A DNA stretch of 64,000 bases. Origin: Schmidtea polychroa. Lineage: Eukaryota. A program made the translations under genes and the position numbers. The notes under the pieces are model-generated. The model had not been told where the DNA came from. It was given only the letters and a program-made list of their open reading frames with translations, and made no database searches. The stretch is from assembly GCA_044892525.1 (NCBI GenBank), contig CM097886.1, forward strand, positions 101,060,001 through 101,124,000, read 5' to 3'. This document shows, in pieces, positions 1-13,900 of this stretch; positions within the stretch are counted from its first letter, which is position 1, and each line of letters starts with the position of its first letter.

Positions 1-1792
1 AAATCAGTATAAATACCAGAGGAAAAATCATTCAAATTTAACAAAATCTCTGTGAACTTTGATGAAATTTTAGACACAATTTTTATGTTATTTTAACCTG
101 CTCTCAGTTTTCCGTTTATGCCATTGTGATAAGTTTGCTTTGTATCAAGTAATTTTATGAATGCAGTAATGTTTTAGGTTAATAAATTTTTATATTCATT
201 TTAGTTTTTTTGTGTTCCTTTTTATCGTTTATTTCTAGTTTTAATTTTTATGGTTAGGGTAATTTTAATAGTTACGGTGGAATGGAGCTTACCCTTAGTT
301 AAGGATCAAGAGAAAGTCCTTGTCTTCTGATCGAATGGTCAAAAGCAGTTGCAATCACCCGACTGATTTGACTCAAAATGGAGGGCTTCCGCCGAGTCGA
401 TCGCTAAGACCTTTGTATGAATTTTAGTGAGTTAAGTTAGTAATGAGGGAAAGAAGGTCTATTGTGAGTAAAAAAGAGTTAGTTTTGGGTGACATTAGAG
501 AATCACTGAGTAATCAGAATCAGTTTAGCACAGAATTAGAAATATTTGTAGAACCCTGCTTAAATTTTTCTAAGAATATGTCGAATATCCTAAAGTATTG
601 CAGGAAGTATAGAACAACATTTATTAACTGGGAAATAAGGGCGGATCCCTGCGCAAAAATTTTCAAAATAACATTGAAAAACATCCAGTAATGAGGAGTA
701 TAATTACATGAATCAATGACAACAATTTAAGAAAGGAATAGATAATGAATAGAGACGTAAGACTTTCTATCGGCAGTCCAGAACCCGAAAGTGAAAATAC
801 AATGAAGAGTAGTTTTGGCAGTAGAGCTCACATGCTCATTGATTTTCAGCCATTGTGTACATCACCAACATGGTTATGACCATGGGAACGCAGACGGTAT
901 AAAGTACAACAGTCAAGAAGGCGTTTAGGAAGGAGTCGATTCAAAATCCATAGGTAACTCTAACACATTTGAATGACACACCCTAAACGCCAACAGTACG
1001 TTTTCAACCCCTTTCTGAACACGTGTAAAAGAATCCATTCTCGCCATGATCTTTTCCATCATCTCATTTGCATCTGAAACGTTTTTCAAATTTAAATTCG
1101 ATAATTACTGGGAATAGGAAATATTATTATTAACAAAAGATTATTCAATTTAATTTCCTTAGTTAACAAAGTGATCATACCACTTATATAAATAAACATA
1201 TTTGCTTTATATTTAGTTTATTTTGAGATTCTTCTTATACTTTTTATTTAATTACTTACTTACAAGGTTATATAAAAAACGATTTAACAAAAGAAAAGAC
1301 AGAGCACATAGATTTAGGGATGCTGATCTATGAAGTTTACATTTGTACTGCACAGCCCTAAAGTCACACATGATAAGTGCAATAAAGTAGAAAGTATTTT
1401 ATAACGGGTGCGCTTTCAAATTACATAGAAGGATTAAAGTGGTCCGATTAACACTATGTAAATTTGAAATACGGAAAAATAGTGACATGCAAAATCTTAA
1501 TATAACTATATTAAGATTTCGTTCGCATGTATAGACGCATTTACACATATTTGAATTTATTTCAGAACAATGTTTCACTTAAAATTTAAACAATTTTTTG
1601 CAATTATTTTATCAGTTTAATTCAAATTTGTGCCAAAATATTTCTTGAAAAATTATTTTAATTGCTGATTATAAAATTGATGACACTGTTAAAATTTTAT
1701 TTATAATTTATAATTAAAAATTACATCAAATTTTAATTATTCATTAATTATAACAACTTTATAAATTAAATTTCATTTTTGTTTAATCAATT

Positions 1793-1806
1793 GTTTCCAT
1801 AGTAAA
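1793..1806 (+). promoter_or_regulatory. Probable RFX X-box in the HYDIN promoter
   Basis: GTTTCCATAGTAAA matches the X-box consensus GTNRCC-N(0-3)-RGYAAC except at position 4 (T, as in C. elegans-type GTTTCCAT X-boxes) and the last base. It lies about 115 bp upstream of the HYDIN ATG (1920). RFX control of ciliary genes is established. Confidence 0.6.
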
Positions 1807-1919
1807 GTAATGCAAATTTTTTCGTATCAATTTTAATTAAAGAAAAAGTATTGTGCTTTTTATCAATTGCATCAGAATATATTTAACATCTATTCTACTT
1901 CCGAATCAAATAATACAAA

Positions 1920-3602
1920 ATGCCAATTGGGAAATTCGGTGAAGTTATTGGAACAATGAATACTTTAGGGGAGCAAGAGATCACATATGAGAGTAAGGTT
2001 GTAGCTCCTAAAAATCCTAAACTCTTGCGCCAGAGAGCACCATACATCAAGGTGAAATTTTATTTTATCAACAAGCATTTATTAAATGGATTATTTTTAG
2101 ATGACTCCTTCTGAGTTCATGTTCCAAATGTCTCTCGACACGAGCAAGAAATTGCAAAACACAAAGACGATGGAATTACCTGCGAAAATCGAATTGCTGG
2201 ATATGGGCAACACAACTTANNNNNNNNNNNNNNNNNNNNNNNNNNNNNNNNNNNNNNNNNNNNNNNNNNNNNNNNNNNNNNNNNNNNNNNNNNNNNNNNN
2301 NNNNNNNNNNNNNNNNNNNNNNNNNNNNNNNNNNNNNNNNNNNNNNNNNNNNNNNNNNNNNNNNNNNNNNNNNNNNNNNNNNNNNNNAGACAACGAACGT
2401 CAGTATGGAAGATCCATTATTTCAACCTTTTCCATCGTCAATGTTTTTCGTAAACTGTGAACCGCATGAAACGTACGAGTTGCCGCTCCTTCTCAGAAAT
2501 AACGACAAGGTATGGAATATTTTTGAAATATGCTCTCATTCAACTGTTATTGACACTTACAGGTGCCCAGATTGGTCAAGGTCACCCATGAGGATTCACC
2601 TTATTTTCATGTTGTATCACCATCGAATGTCAGTCATAAAGTAGCCGCAGGATTACCAATTGTATTCAAGATTCAATTCACTCCGGAACAGCAACAGGAT
2701 TATAAGCTCAATCTCATTGTCGTGACGGAGCGTGAGAAATTCATCGTCCCTATCCATTGCATTGGATCTCGAGCAATTCTCGATTTCCCAGATGAAATAT
2801 ATTTTTCTCCAACTCCATTGAAATACACTGAGACGAAAACTCTGTTTATCAGAAACATTGGCAGGGCGATTGCCAATTTCTCAATATCAACCTCAGGGTA
2901 AATTATTATTGACCGCTTTCGACATGTTTTAAATTCAAGAATTATATTGATCGAAAAGGGGTGATCAAAATTTTTTTGCATTTCTAAATAAATNNNNNNN
3001 NNNNNNNNNNNNNNNNNNNNNNNNNNNNNNNNNNNNNNNNNNNNNNNNNNNNNNNNNNNNNNNNNNNNNNNNNNNNNNNNNNNNNNNNNNNNNNNNNNNN
3101 NNNNNNNNNNNNNNNNNNNNNNNNNNNNNNNNNNNNNNNNNNNNNNNNNNNNNNNNNNNNNNNNNNNNNNNNNNNNNNNNNNNNNNNNNNNNNNNNNNNN
3201 NNNNNNNNNNNNNNNNNNNNNNNNNNNNNNNNNNNNNNNNNNNNNNAAAAGTGCAAAATTTAATTAAAGAATTTATAAAATATACAAATAAATATCAACC
3301 AGGGGAAATGGGTATGGTTGAAGGAGAAATTACGAGACAAATTCAAAAATAATAATAAAAATAATAATAAAAATTTAGTGAAGGGTCCCTAGAAAAAGTT
3401 ATAATAAAATAAAAAACTAATTAGAACTTAATTAATTATGGAAAGCCCAAGCTAATGAGAAGCCCGAGTCAAAAGAAAACCAAAACGATGAGGAAAACTC
3501 GGAATGCACCGAGACTCGACTAATCAGATGTTGAAGCGAATTCGACCAAGTGTTCGTTTAGGAATGAAATTGGTAGGATTCCAATAATCCGTCACAGTAT
3601 AT

Positions 3603-3649
<47 letters not shown>

Positions 3650-6600
3650 CGGTGCTAGTATAAGAAGCATTGAACATGCATCATACAATCACTTTTTTAG
3701 TTATTGTCTTTCCATCCCGCCTTCACCGAAGCTCATCATCATCACTACTAGTGTTTGAGTTTATTCATTAATCTCCATGTTTAGCTGTAATGTTGCACCA
3801 AATTTATCCCTATTATTTCTAGACCGTTCTCAGTTGATCCGTGCGCATCGGTTCTGGAAGTGAACGAATCAATGCAAATAGACATCCAATTTACCCCTGA
3901 ACTCCCTAAAGATTTCTCAGATGAAGTTATTATTCATTACGAAACTGGTATGAATGATAATAGAAATGACCATGTGATAATGAATTGCTAGGTGAAGACG
4001 TATACATCCGGATTCACGGATCTGGCAAGGAGATTCCAGTGAGAATAGAACGATCGCTTGTGCACATTGAGGAGACCTATGTCGGATTGGCAAATTTAAG
4101 GAAAATTACCTTGCACAATCGCAGTGACGTAATGATTCATTTCTACTGGAGCAATTTCTCGAGTCAAGTTGCTGAAGATCTGGATAGAGAAACATTTTTG
4201 AAGATACTCCAATTGGAAGAGGACGAAGAACAGGAAAGATTTAACTCTGATGATAATTTAGGATTGCTATCATCTGATAAGCTATCAATTGTTACTCGCA
4301 GTTATATCAATAAAAAGAAAGTAGTGCAGTGTCATTATATGGTCAACTGTAACGGATCCTTTTCAGATGTTTAAAGAAAAGAAATCGAGATTTATTGACG
4401 ATATCTTCACCATTGATCCAATTGAAGGTGACATTTGGCCCCACACGAGTCTTGATATCACTGTGGCTTTCAAGCCCACGGAGGCCAGAACTTATCAATC
4501 ATTTGCGTTCTGTGAAATAACCGGAAGAGAAACCAGATTATCCTTAAAGATAACTGGTGTTGGTATTGGGCCGAAAGTAGAATTCTCATTTAAAACCCTT
4601 GATATGGGATACATCTTTATCCAAGCTCACCACTGCTATGAAATCGTTCTCGTCAACAAGGGTGATATAGATGCGTTATTTAAAATCGAAGGAACAGGAT
4701 CTCCAGTTAGTAAATGCTTTACATTCACACCGGATGATGGCCTCATCAGCCCTGGTAGCCACCAAGTCGTCCAAATACAATTCCAAAGCAAAGAATTCCT
4801 TGGTGCCTTCCATCAACCATTCAAAGTGAAAATGGATGGTTGCATGGAACCTTCTATTATCGATTTCAAGTACATTGATGATAATAAAGATGATAATCAC
4901 ATAAAAGTACCATTGCAGAGGAATAGTCATTGGGCCCACATTTTCATTCAGCGTGCAAAAAATCAAGTTTGGTGAGGTATCTGTAGGTATGTATTGTCAA
5001 TATGATTAATATTCAATAAGATTTACCCCTCCTTTTAGGATTTCCAAGTTCCGAAGAGATTAGTTTGCAAAATACATCTCTAGTTCCGTTAGAGTTTCGG
5101 TTGAGAGTGCCAACTGATGGCACAAGTGATCCAATATTAGCAGCAGATTTGACAAACAGCGTGTCACCAAGGGAATACTGTTCCAAATACCAGCCTAGGG
5201 AATTCTCAATAGAACCTTCCGAAGGTGTGTTGGGCTCAATGACGATGTGCAAGATAAAGGTCATTCTCATAGCCAATAGTATAGGGAAATATCACACTGG
5301 ATTGGTTCTTGACGTGATCGGAGTAGGAAATGAGTTATATTCTATTCCCATTACCGCAACGTAATTTCCGATTATATTGATTATTCAATATTGATTAATT
5401 CAGTGCAATCGTTCCGAAGGCTGAATTATCGTGCGATGAATTGGATTTCAGTCGGTCCTTCCTCCATTACCCCTATGAAAAGATCATCAAGATGTTCAAT
5501 AGTTCCACTTTGCCGATCAAATACGAGATTCTCAAGCAGACAGATAAAACAGAGGACTTGTCATATTCCAGTTCCTTGGATACGGTTAATTTATATTTGA
5601 ATTTATTGAGTCCACTAAATAAGGGACTAGATGTGGCGGTAGAGATAATAGTTCATATATATTAGGGATTCTTAGTCTCAGGTTCTATGAAGAGGGTTAA
5701 GCCGAATGCCATCATACTCTTTGTAAAGTCACTAATCGACTCGGTGTAAACTGGCCCAAGCTTTTAACAATCTGCATAGANNNNNNNNNNNNNNNNNNNN
5801 NNNNNNNNNNNNNNNNNNNNNNNNNNNNNNNNNNNNNNNNNNNNNNNNNNNNNNNNNNNNNNNNNNNNNNNNNNNNNNNNNNNNNNNNNNNNNNNNNNNN
5901 NNNNNNNNNNNNNNNNNNNNNNNNNNNNNNNNNNNNNNNNNNNNNNNNNNNNNNNNNNNNNNNNNNNNNNNNNNNNNNNNNNNNNNNNNNNNNNNNNNNN
6001 NNNNNNNNNNNNNNNNNNNNNNNNNNNNNNNNNNNNNNNNNNNNNNNNNNNNNNNNNNNNNNNNNNNNNNNNNNNNGCAGCATTTATTATTTAAAACAAT
6101 AAAATGATAATTTAAGCCTTTTGCTGCAAATAATGTATTTAATGAAAGAATTTTCGACTATACCATAGTCCTTGTCAAGGACTATCGTATAGTCGAAAAT
6201 TCTTTCATTAAATACATTATTTGCAGCAAAAGGCTTAAATTATCATTTTATTGTATTATTATTATTATTATTATTGTTCTTTACCCAACTCGAATTTTAT
6301 TTAATTAATTAATTAATTAACAATTTTTTGTTTTTTTCATTCCGTTGATTTTCGATCATTTTTAAACGGGTACTTATAAATTCATTATCACCATGATCTT
6401 GGTCCGTTTTTTATCATTTCGCATAATTCGTCATTCGGTTTTTTTATACCATTTAGACTGCTCCTAGAGATGAAGTCACATATTGCGATATTTCCCCATT
6501 GCTAGATGTGAGAATTCCCCTCCCTCCCGCCCCCCTTGAATGTGGACTCCATATTTGGTGTCCCCCGTATCTGGAATATAAATAATAGAGACTGATATAT

Positions 6601-9600
6601 TTCATATATTAGGCAATTGTCCATCCGAATTCAGAACTCGAGATTCCAATTGAACTAAAGGTATACACTATTGGGGAATCGACAACAAAAATGTATTTCA
6701 AAATTTTCGGATCTTCAAAAGAACCTTTAGTTCGACTTCTATATTTTTCGATTGAGAACTTATAAAATCTTTAAGGCTCTTACAATAAAATGCATTGGAG
6801 AAGGTCCTGTTGTCAACCTTGATTCCGTTTCCTTAGATTGGGGCACGATTAAAGTGCTAGAAGATAAGTCTTTCAATCTTCAACTCTCCAATGAATCTGA
6901 AATTCCTGCTATTTTCCATACAACTATGGTAATATCTCTAGATCCCTATGTGATCTTATTTCACTGCATAACTACAGTTGAAAAACCAATCTGTTTTCCG
7001 AGTGGAGCCGGAATCTGGAATCATGGAGCGCCATGCAACACTCAATTTGAATGTCATAGCTAATCTAAATGATTGCGTGAAATTTACAGATGAAATACAC
7101 CTTCACATTGAGAATAGTCAAACAAAGATTGTGCCACTGATGGCTGTTGGATTCGGGACGACAATCGAATTTGATCCGCCAATTTCCTCTCTCATGAATC
7201 TTGGATCTCACTTTAGCAAAAGCAAACTTAATGAGACATTTCGAGTAACAAACAAAGGGAAAAGACATCAACAATTAGTATGGTCTAATGAAGGATATTC
7301 TTACACCAAGGCTATGCGACAGACAGGAACTAAAGTAATACATAGAATGTGCAATCCTTATGACAGTTTCATTTTATATAGAATGCAATCAAAGCTCCAA
7401 TACTGACAGTTCATCCTCACCGATTTGATTTGAGTCCAGGAGAATCGGCAACTCTAATCATTCAAGGTTATGTTGACAAGTAAGAACTCTTTCCTAAAAC
7501 TATTCTTCTTTCATTGATAACTTTATAAATAAAGGCCGCAAGTTGTCCAAGAGCGCATTATGTGCCATTCCATAATCGGTAGGCAAGGCGGCAAAGAGCT
7601 CATTAAAAAAGTAGACTTGGAAGTGAATTTCATTTGCCCTGTTTTAGAATTTTCAGACAGGTCTCTGCACTTCCGACTTGACAAAGTGAGCAGTGAATTG
7701 TTAATCGCCTCCTTAAATTGTAGGATTTAGAGCATAGATACACCATTTGAAATTCTCACAAAGACCATCAACTTTACCAATGTTTCCGGACTCGATCTGA
7801 ATGCTAAATTAACCGTTTCCTATCCTTTCAATATCCTAGAAATGAATGAATTCTCTGTTTGTGAGAAGGTTAATTTGATTCTATCGTTCCTATGCTCACT
7901 ATAACGCCATATCTTTAGCTACTGTTTCTTAATAGCAATAAGATGGAGACCATCAGCATCCAATTCAATCCGCTATACAAATCAGATTTCCATAGCAGAA
8001 TTATTGAGGACTTTTTGAAGGTTTCATTCGATGAACATCCTCATGTAGTAAGCTTTTATATTGGAATGACAGTTTTTTATGANNNNNNNNNNNNNNNNNN
8101 NNNNNNNNNNNNNNNNNNNNNNNNNNNNNNNNNNNNNNNNNNNNNNNNNNNNNNNNNNNNNNNNNNNNNNNNNNNNNNNNNNNNNNNNNNNNNNNNNNNN
8201 NNNNNNNNNNNNNNNNNNNNNNNNNNNNNNNNNNNNNNNNNNNNNNNNNNNNNNNNNNNNNNNNNNNNNNNNNNNNNNNNNNNNNNNNNNNNNNNNNNNN
8301 NNNNNNNNNNNNNNNNNNNNNNNNNNNNNNNNNNNNNNNNNNNNNNNNNNNNNNNNNNNNNNNNNNNNNNNNNNNNNNNNNNNNNNNTTATCGGGGAAGT
8401 CAACTTCCCAAACCTTCAATTCGAACGAACGAAAATCAACTTTGACTGTATTCTGAACCATTCGGAAGTCAGCCAATTCGTTACGATGTATAATATTTCG
8501 CCTTTAGAAGTCCATTATTCCTGGAGTCTTTTAATAGGAGACCAACCTAATATTATCTTTCATCGTCGACTTCGCGAACCAATGGAAGATTTAGAAATTA
8601 AAGAGATCATTTTAGATGCCACTGAAAAAGATACAACGACGGAAAAGTCTATCCAAGAGTATAGCTCACCTAAAGAACATCTCAATTTGGATACATTTAG
8701 GGTTGATGATGATATGCAACCTTCCAAAGACATTGCAATAATTGAGGAAATGAAAATTGATCTAGAATCATTAGAGAAAGTAGAAGAACCTCTCAATATA
8801 GAATCCACCAGCAAACATTCAATATCAATGCTTCCAAAGACACATGAGAAATTTGAAATAAATGAAAAACTAAAAAAATTATTGGACAGTGAAAATGAAA
8901 TCATACCTTTGGGTATTGAGGAAATCTTTGACGTGAAACCTTTATATGGAACTTTGAGACCAAATTCTTTCGAGCAAATCACCTTTACCTATTTCGGTCA
9001 CTCAGACGTTGAGGCTCACGTAAGTGCGATATGTGAAGTTGAAGGTGGACCTACATATCGATTTGAATTGCATGGAGAAGCATCTACTGTGAACTATAAA
9101 TTCAGTGATCTGAATTTTGATTTCGGTCAAATACTCTACGATCAAGTATCATTCAAAGAAATGACTCTTAGTAATCTTGGAAAGGTCGGATTTGAATTCA
9201 CATCAAAAAAGGCGTCATCAACTTTACCAGAAAATCAATTCCCAACCGGCCAACCTATTTTAATACCCTCTTCCGGTTTTGTCGAAGCTTCCAGTGACAT
9301 TCGAATAAAAGTCGGCTATCTTTGCGGATCTCCAGGAAGGTTTTCTGATTCCTGTGACATTCAAGTAGCCCATTTTCCAATAGAAACCATATCGATATCA
9401 GGTCATGGTACATTTCCTAGGGTTACTGTTGAGCTGCCGAGAGATAGCGATATTGTAAATCAATCAACAACTTCCAATTATGACCCCTTTTCAATGAGAG
9501 TATTCTTTGATACCGATAAATCCTTTGCCGAATTCTATCAAGAAACTAAAAAAGAATTTGTTGATAAGAATATTGAAATGTCTGAGGAAGAATTGATGAC

Positions 9601-10900
9601 ATATTTAGAGGACCTCGCAGTGACCAATCAGCAGAATAAACCTTTGAGCAAAGGAATAAACAAGTAGGAACTTTATACTATCATAGACCATATTGAATTG
9701 CTATAGAGCCATTTTACCTAGCTACCAATTGGAGTTTGGAAATGTCATTATTGGCGCTGTTGTATCAAAGACCGTACACATCAGAAATACAGGCCATTTC
9801 TCTATCAATATGAAGATTTTAAAAAGCTCAATGCAACAGTTCGGCTTCTTCATGAACTTACTGCAAGTGAAGAATTTCCCATGCCAAGAGAAATTGGAAT
9901 TTGAAATAAATTTCGATCCAAGAGCGGCAAATTTGAGCTTAGGAGTTGTCGAAAGCTTCCTCATTTTGAACGTAAAATTAATTATTAAACCTTTGAGTTG
10001 GTCTAATTATATCTTAATATAGATAATTGGGGGGCCATCGGTTCCGATATTATTGAATGCAAATGTTACAATGCCTGATCTGAGAACGAGTTCAGAAGTT
10101 GTGGAATTCGATAATGTCAAACTTGGGGAAGCAAAGCTAATCACGATCCAACTACACAATCCAACACCAGTGCAAACAGAATGGACAACATCAACCTCAG
10201 ACATGGATGAAATGCTCAAATCTCGGGAACATAAATCCAATGAACCGAGAACAATACGGAAGAAAAGAAATAAAGCAAAGGAAGATGCAAAACCTTTGGT
10301 ATTTGAAATGATTCCAAGCGCTGGACAGTTGAGACCAGGACAAAGAACTAACGTACAGGTAAGCAATTCTAGATGGGATCCAGTTCACTAAGTTGCCTCT
10401 CAGATCAAATTTATGCCAGTTGAAGAGAAATCTTATTCACATCGACTTGTTATGATACTTGCGCACAGCAGTAAACGCATCGTGGTCAAATGCATAGGAA
10501 ATGGAGTGGAACCCAAACTGGAGTTTAAAGAAAGCTATATTCAGTTCGGACCCGTTTTGCCGTTCACAAATGGAAGCGAAAAGATTATCAATATAAGAAA
10601 TCCTTGCGATTTCCCTATTGAGATTTACAGTCTGGAATTTGATAAATCCTATCTGGAAGTAATTTCCTCCGGTTATACTTTTCCTTGTTATTTATTATGA
10701 AATTAGGATGAAGAAATATTGCGGCATATCAGCGGCTATGACAGTTTCGGGAATTTATTGATGCCTCCGAGAGCTGCAGGAGAGAAATTGCCACAGGAGT
10801 TCATTGAATATTACGATGAATACTTGAAACGCAACATGGACCTTGATGAAGGTCCTCATAAATCATACAAATACAATGAAGCTCCAGAGGTTATTTTAAT

Positions 10901-10952
<52 letters not shown>

Positions 10953-13900
10953 TTAGTACTGATTATAATTATTAATATATAAATTTATAAATTACTAGTT
11001 GGGCTACCCGGTGATATTTGAAAGATTAAAAAAATATTACAAACGGTGCCTGTAATATTTTTGTAATATTTCTGTACAAAAATCACAAAATCTTTAATCT
11101 ACCTTTACCTCATCTTATTCAGCCATATAATACCCCCATGCAGCCATACAATACACCATTCAGCCATACAATACCCCATAGGGCCATACAATACCCTATA
11201 CAGCCATACAATACCCCATCTAGCCATACAATACACCATACAGCCATACAATACCCCATCTAGCCATACAATACACCATACAGCCATACAATACCCCATA
11301 CAGCCATAAAATACCCTATACAGCCATACAATACCCCATACAGCCATATAATACCCCATCCAGATATACAATATTCATCCAGATATACGAGATATATGTA
11401 CCAAGAGATTGACATAATTAAAAGACAAAAAGAGAAAATGAAAAACATTCTATAATCGTCTAAAAAGCGAATTTTCATGTTATTTTTTCGGAGAAAAATT
11501 TGACATTTTTTCTTATTAGTATTGTAAACAAAACGATTTTTAAGTTCATTCATTTAAGTTCATTCAAATGTCCTGTCATAAGCCTGAAATGATCAATAAT
11601 TCAAATTAACTATGCAAATTCCATTGGTTACATAATATGATTACATCATCACTGATTGCCTGATGCTTGTGTAATACATACATATTTCATGCCACCTCTC
11701 AACAGGCATAAAATATGATCGGAAAGAGGCGTTTGCGCCCTATGCCAAGCTTGTTACCAATATATCAAATGAAAGCAATTAAACAAGACCATATTTACCG
11801 CTACCTACCGGTAACCATTTCTAACTAATGAAAGTTTCTTTTTTCTAACAGTTAAAGAAATATTTCATTTAGACTTCAGAAATCGAGCAGCTGGAGAGCA
11901 ATTTGGCAAATAAGAAGGATACCTCACAAACCTTATCCAAGTCTGCAATGTCAGTCACAAATTCAGAATCACCAGCCTTAGATGAATTGGAACAAACTCC
12001 AGTATCACAAGCAATAGCTAGATATCTAGGACTTGAGCTCACTCCTGAAGGTAAAGCTGCACGTCGTAACAGAGGAATAGCAATTGTAGTCATTGGTAGT
12101 CCCATATCGGGCAAGACAGGTTTGCTAATGATTCTTGATATAGATTTGATAGAATTCTTCATGAAGATACTGCTCAATATCTAGCTGAGAAATATTCCGC
12201 TGCACTTCTAACAGTAGACCAAATAATCATGGAAGCTTTGACAGGTGGCTCGACTCCTGCAGCAAAAAAGGCCAGAGATCTTTGTTTGGATGCTGCTAGA
12301 AGAAGCGAAGTTTTTGATATGGAAGATGGGGGGGAAAAGAAATCCTTATTTGATGGGGCACAAGGTAAGCATCAAGTAATACATGAATTGGGATAATTAT
12401 ATTCCTCCTCTAACTATAATGATAATAATAATAATATCTATTATTTCATTTCATCATTCATAGGAGGTTTGGCAATCTTCAAGCGTTAGTTTATTTTGAT
12501 TTGAGTTCAATTGTCAGGTTGCTTGCGGATAGTTGTTAACGTATTTGCATGGCTGAGAATTATCATTTGCATGACGTTTGGTTTTTCTTTTCATATCTAG
12601 ACGTGATTTTATCATGGTTTCTAATTTTAACATGTTCATGACGCAATGACACGTTCTTTTTATCATATTTGTTACGTTGGCTCATTGGTTACTTGTGAGG
12701 TTTTATTCCTATATTATCAACCTGATCACCATTCCAATTGACATTAGGATCACAATTGTATCAGATCCTTACCATGTTATTTCCCTTTCCCACATCCAGA
12801 TTGAACATTCAGGGAGTTATGTTTACTTTTGGCTAGCCAATTGGATATTTGGGGAGTTATGTTTACCTTTGGCTATTCAATTGGACATTCAGGGAGTTAT
12901 GTTTACCTTTAACTGTGGAATGGAAGGGAATTGGATGGAATTGGATGGAGCGGGATGGGCGGTAATGAAACGGAATGGAGCTGAACGGTGATTACACTGG
13001 TTAAGATTTTCCATTTAGCATAAATCGTTCTTATTTAATTGATGCGACTTGATAATGACAATTTATAACAATGATTTTAGATATGGGGTGAAGAATCTTC
13101 TGAAGATTGACTATAGACTACTCTAGATATCTCTGTACCTAGGAAGGTATTTCATACTAATGGGAGATTTTCCTATACATGGTTATCTATTTTTTATTAA
13201 AAACGTTCAAAGGAATCATGGTTAACCATTGCTTTCGTATCATAAATGCAGTTGAACTTTTCTTCAATGAAGATCAGCAACTGGCGATGTTGGGAACATG
13301 ATTGGTTGGAAGTTTATTTCACCCGCGGGCGAGCTTATCGCTCAAGTGCCCATAATGTTATCCTGCGATAACTGCTTCCTAACATTTATATCTAAAAGTT
13401 CCATTATTCTTTTTTTATCTCTAACATTTTATTTTGCGCACTTTTCTCACACGGCACTGAAAATCAAAATGGCGTCTTGGAATAACCAAAGAATGCAATC
13501 CTTCCATACAACAACCCTAAACGACATCTCATTCAGTTAAAATGCTGCTTAAACGGCTAGCATTAGGATAGTAAGATCATTGTCACTCAATTTATTTATC
13601 AGACATCCTTTCATCCAATTATTTATTTAGACCTACAAAGATCTTCGTGTCTCTTTTACCCTTGTTACGTACTTTGATGTTAAGCCATAGGAGTTATTTG
13701 AAAAGGAAATAAATGGGAAAGTAACTAAGCTCATAAATATAAAAATTCGTTTATGCTCAACAACGAGTAAGATCTTTGTATTAGACTAAGGTGGACTTTT
13801 GTAGTACTATGTTTGTATGATGCGCATCGCTAGCCAATGATATTGGTGTCACAGTATGGAGGATTATGGATCATAGGTTTCCAGGGTAGCTTAGGAAGCT

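Larger units (their letters stand above)
6096..6254. repeat. 159-bp near-perfect palindrome formed by two head-to-head copies of the hammerhead-containing short element
   Basis: 79-bp arms centred on T6175 with one mismatch (C6164/C6186). Each arm contains the hairpin GACTAT-nnn-ATAGTC. The right arm runs into (ATT)n. Confidence 0.9.

Noticed and set aside
260-1100. Possible divergent gene or ORFs upstream of HYDIN (including ORF 443-691)
   Set aside because: All frames are interrupted by stops, with no recognisable motif and no convincing splice pattern.
2984-3256. ORF-track entries made mostly of X, here and at other N gaps
   Set aside because: Artefacts of translation through assembly gaps.
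10903-10952. Poly-Ile, poly-Leu and poly-Tyr tails on several ORFs (also 24151, 28480, 37487, 50265)
   Set aside because: Translations of intronic (AAT)n, (ATT)n and (AT)n microsatellites read past splice donors.
11120-11385. CRISPR-like array, and the GYCMAVW-repeat ORFs on the minus strand
   Set aside because: Head-to-tail 20-bp units with no unique spacers, in a eukaryotic intron with no cas genes. The ORFs are repeat translations.
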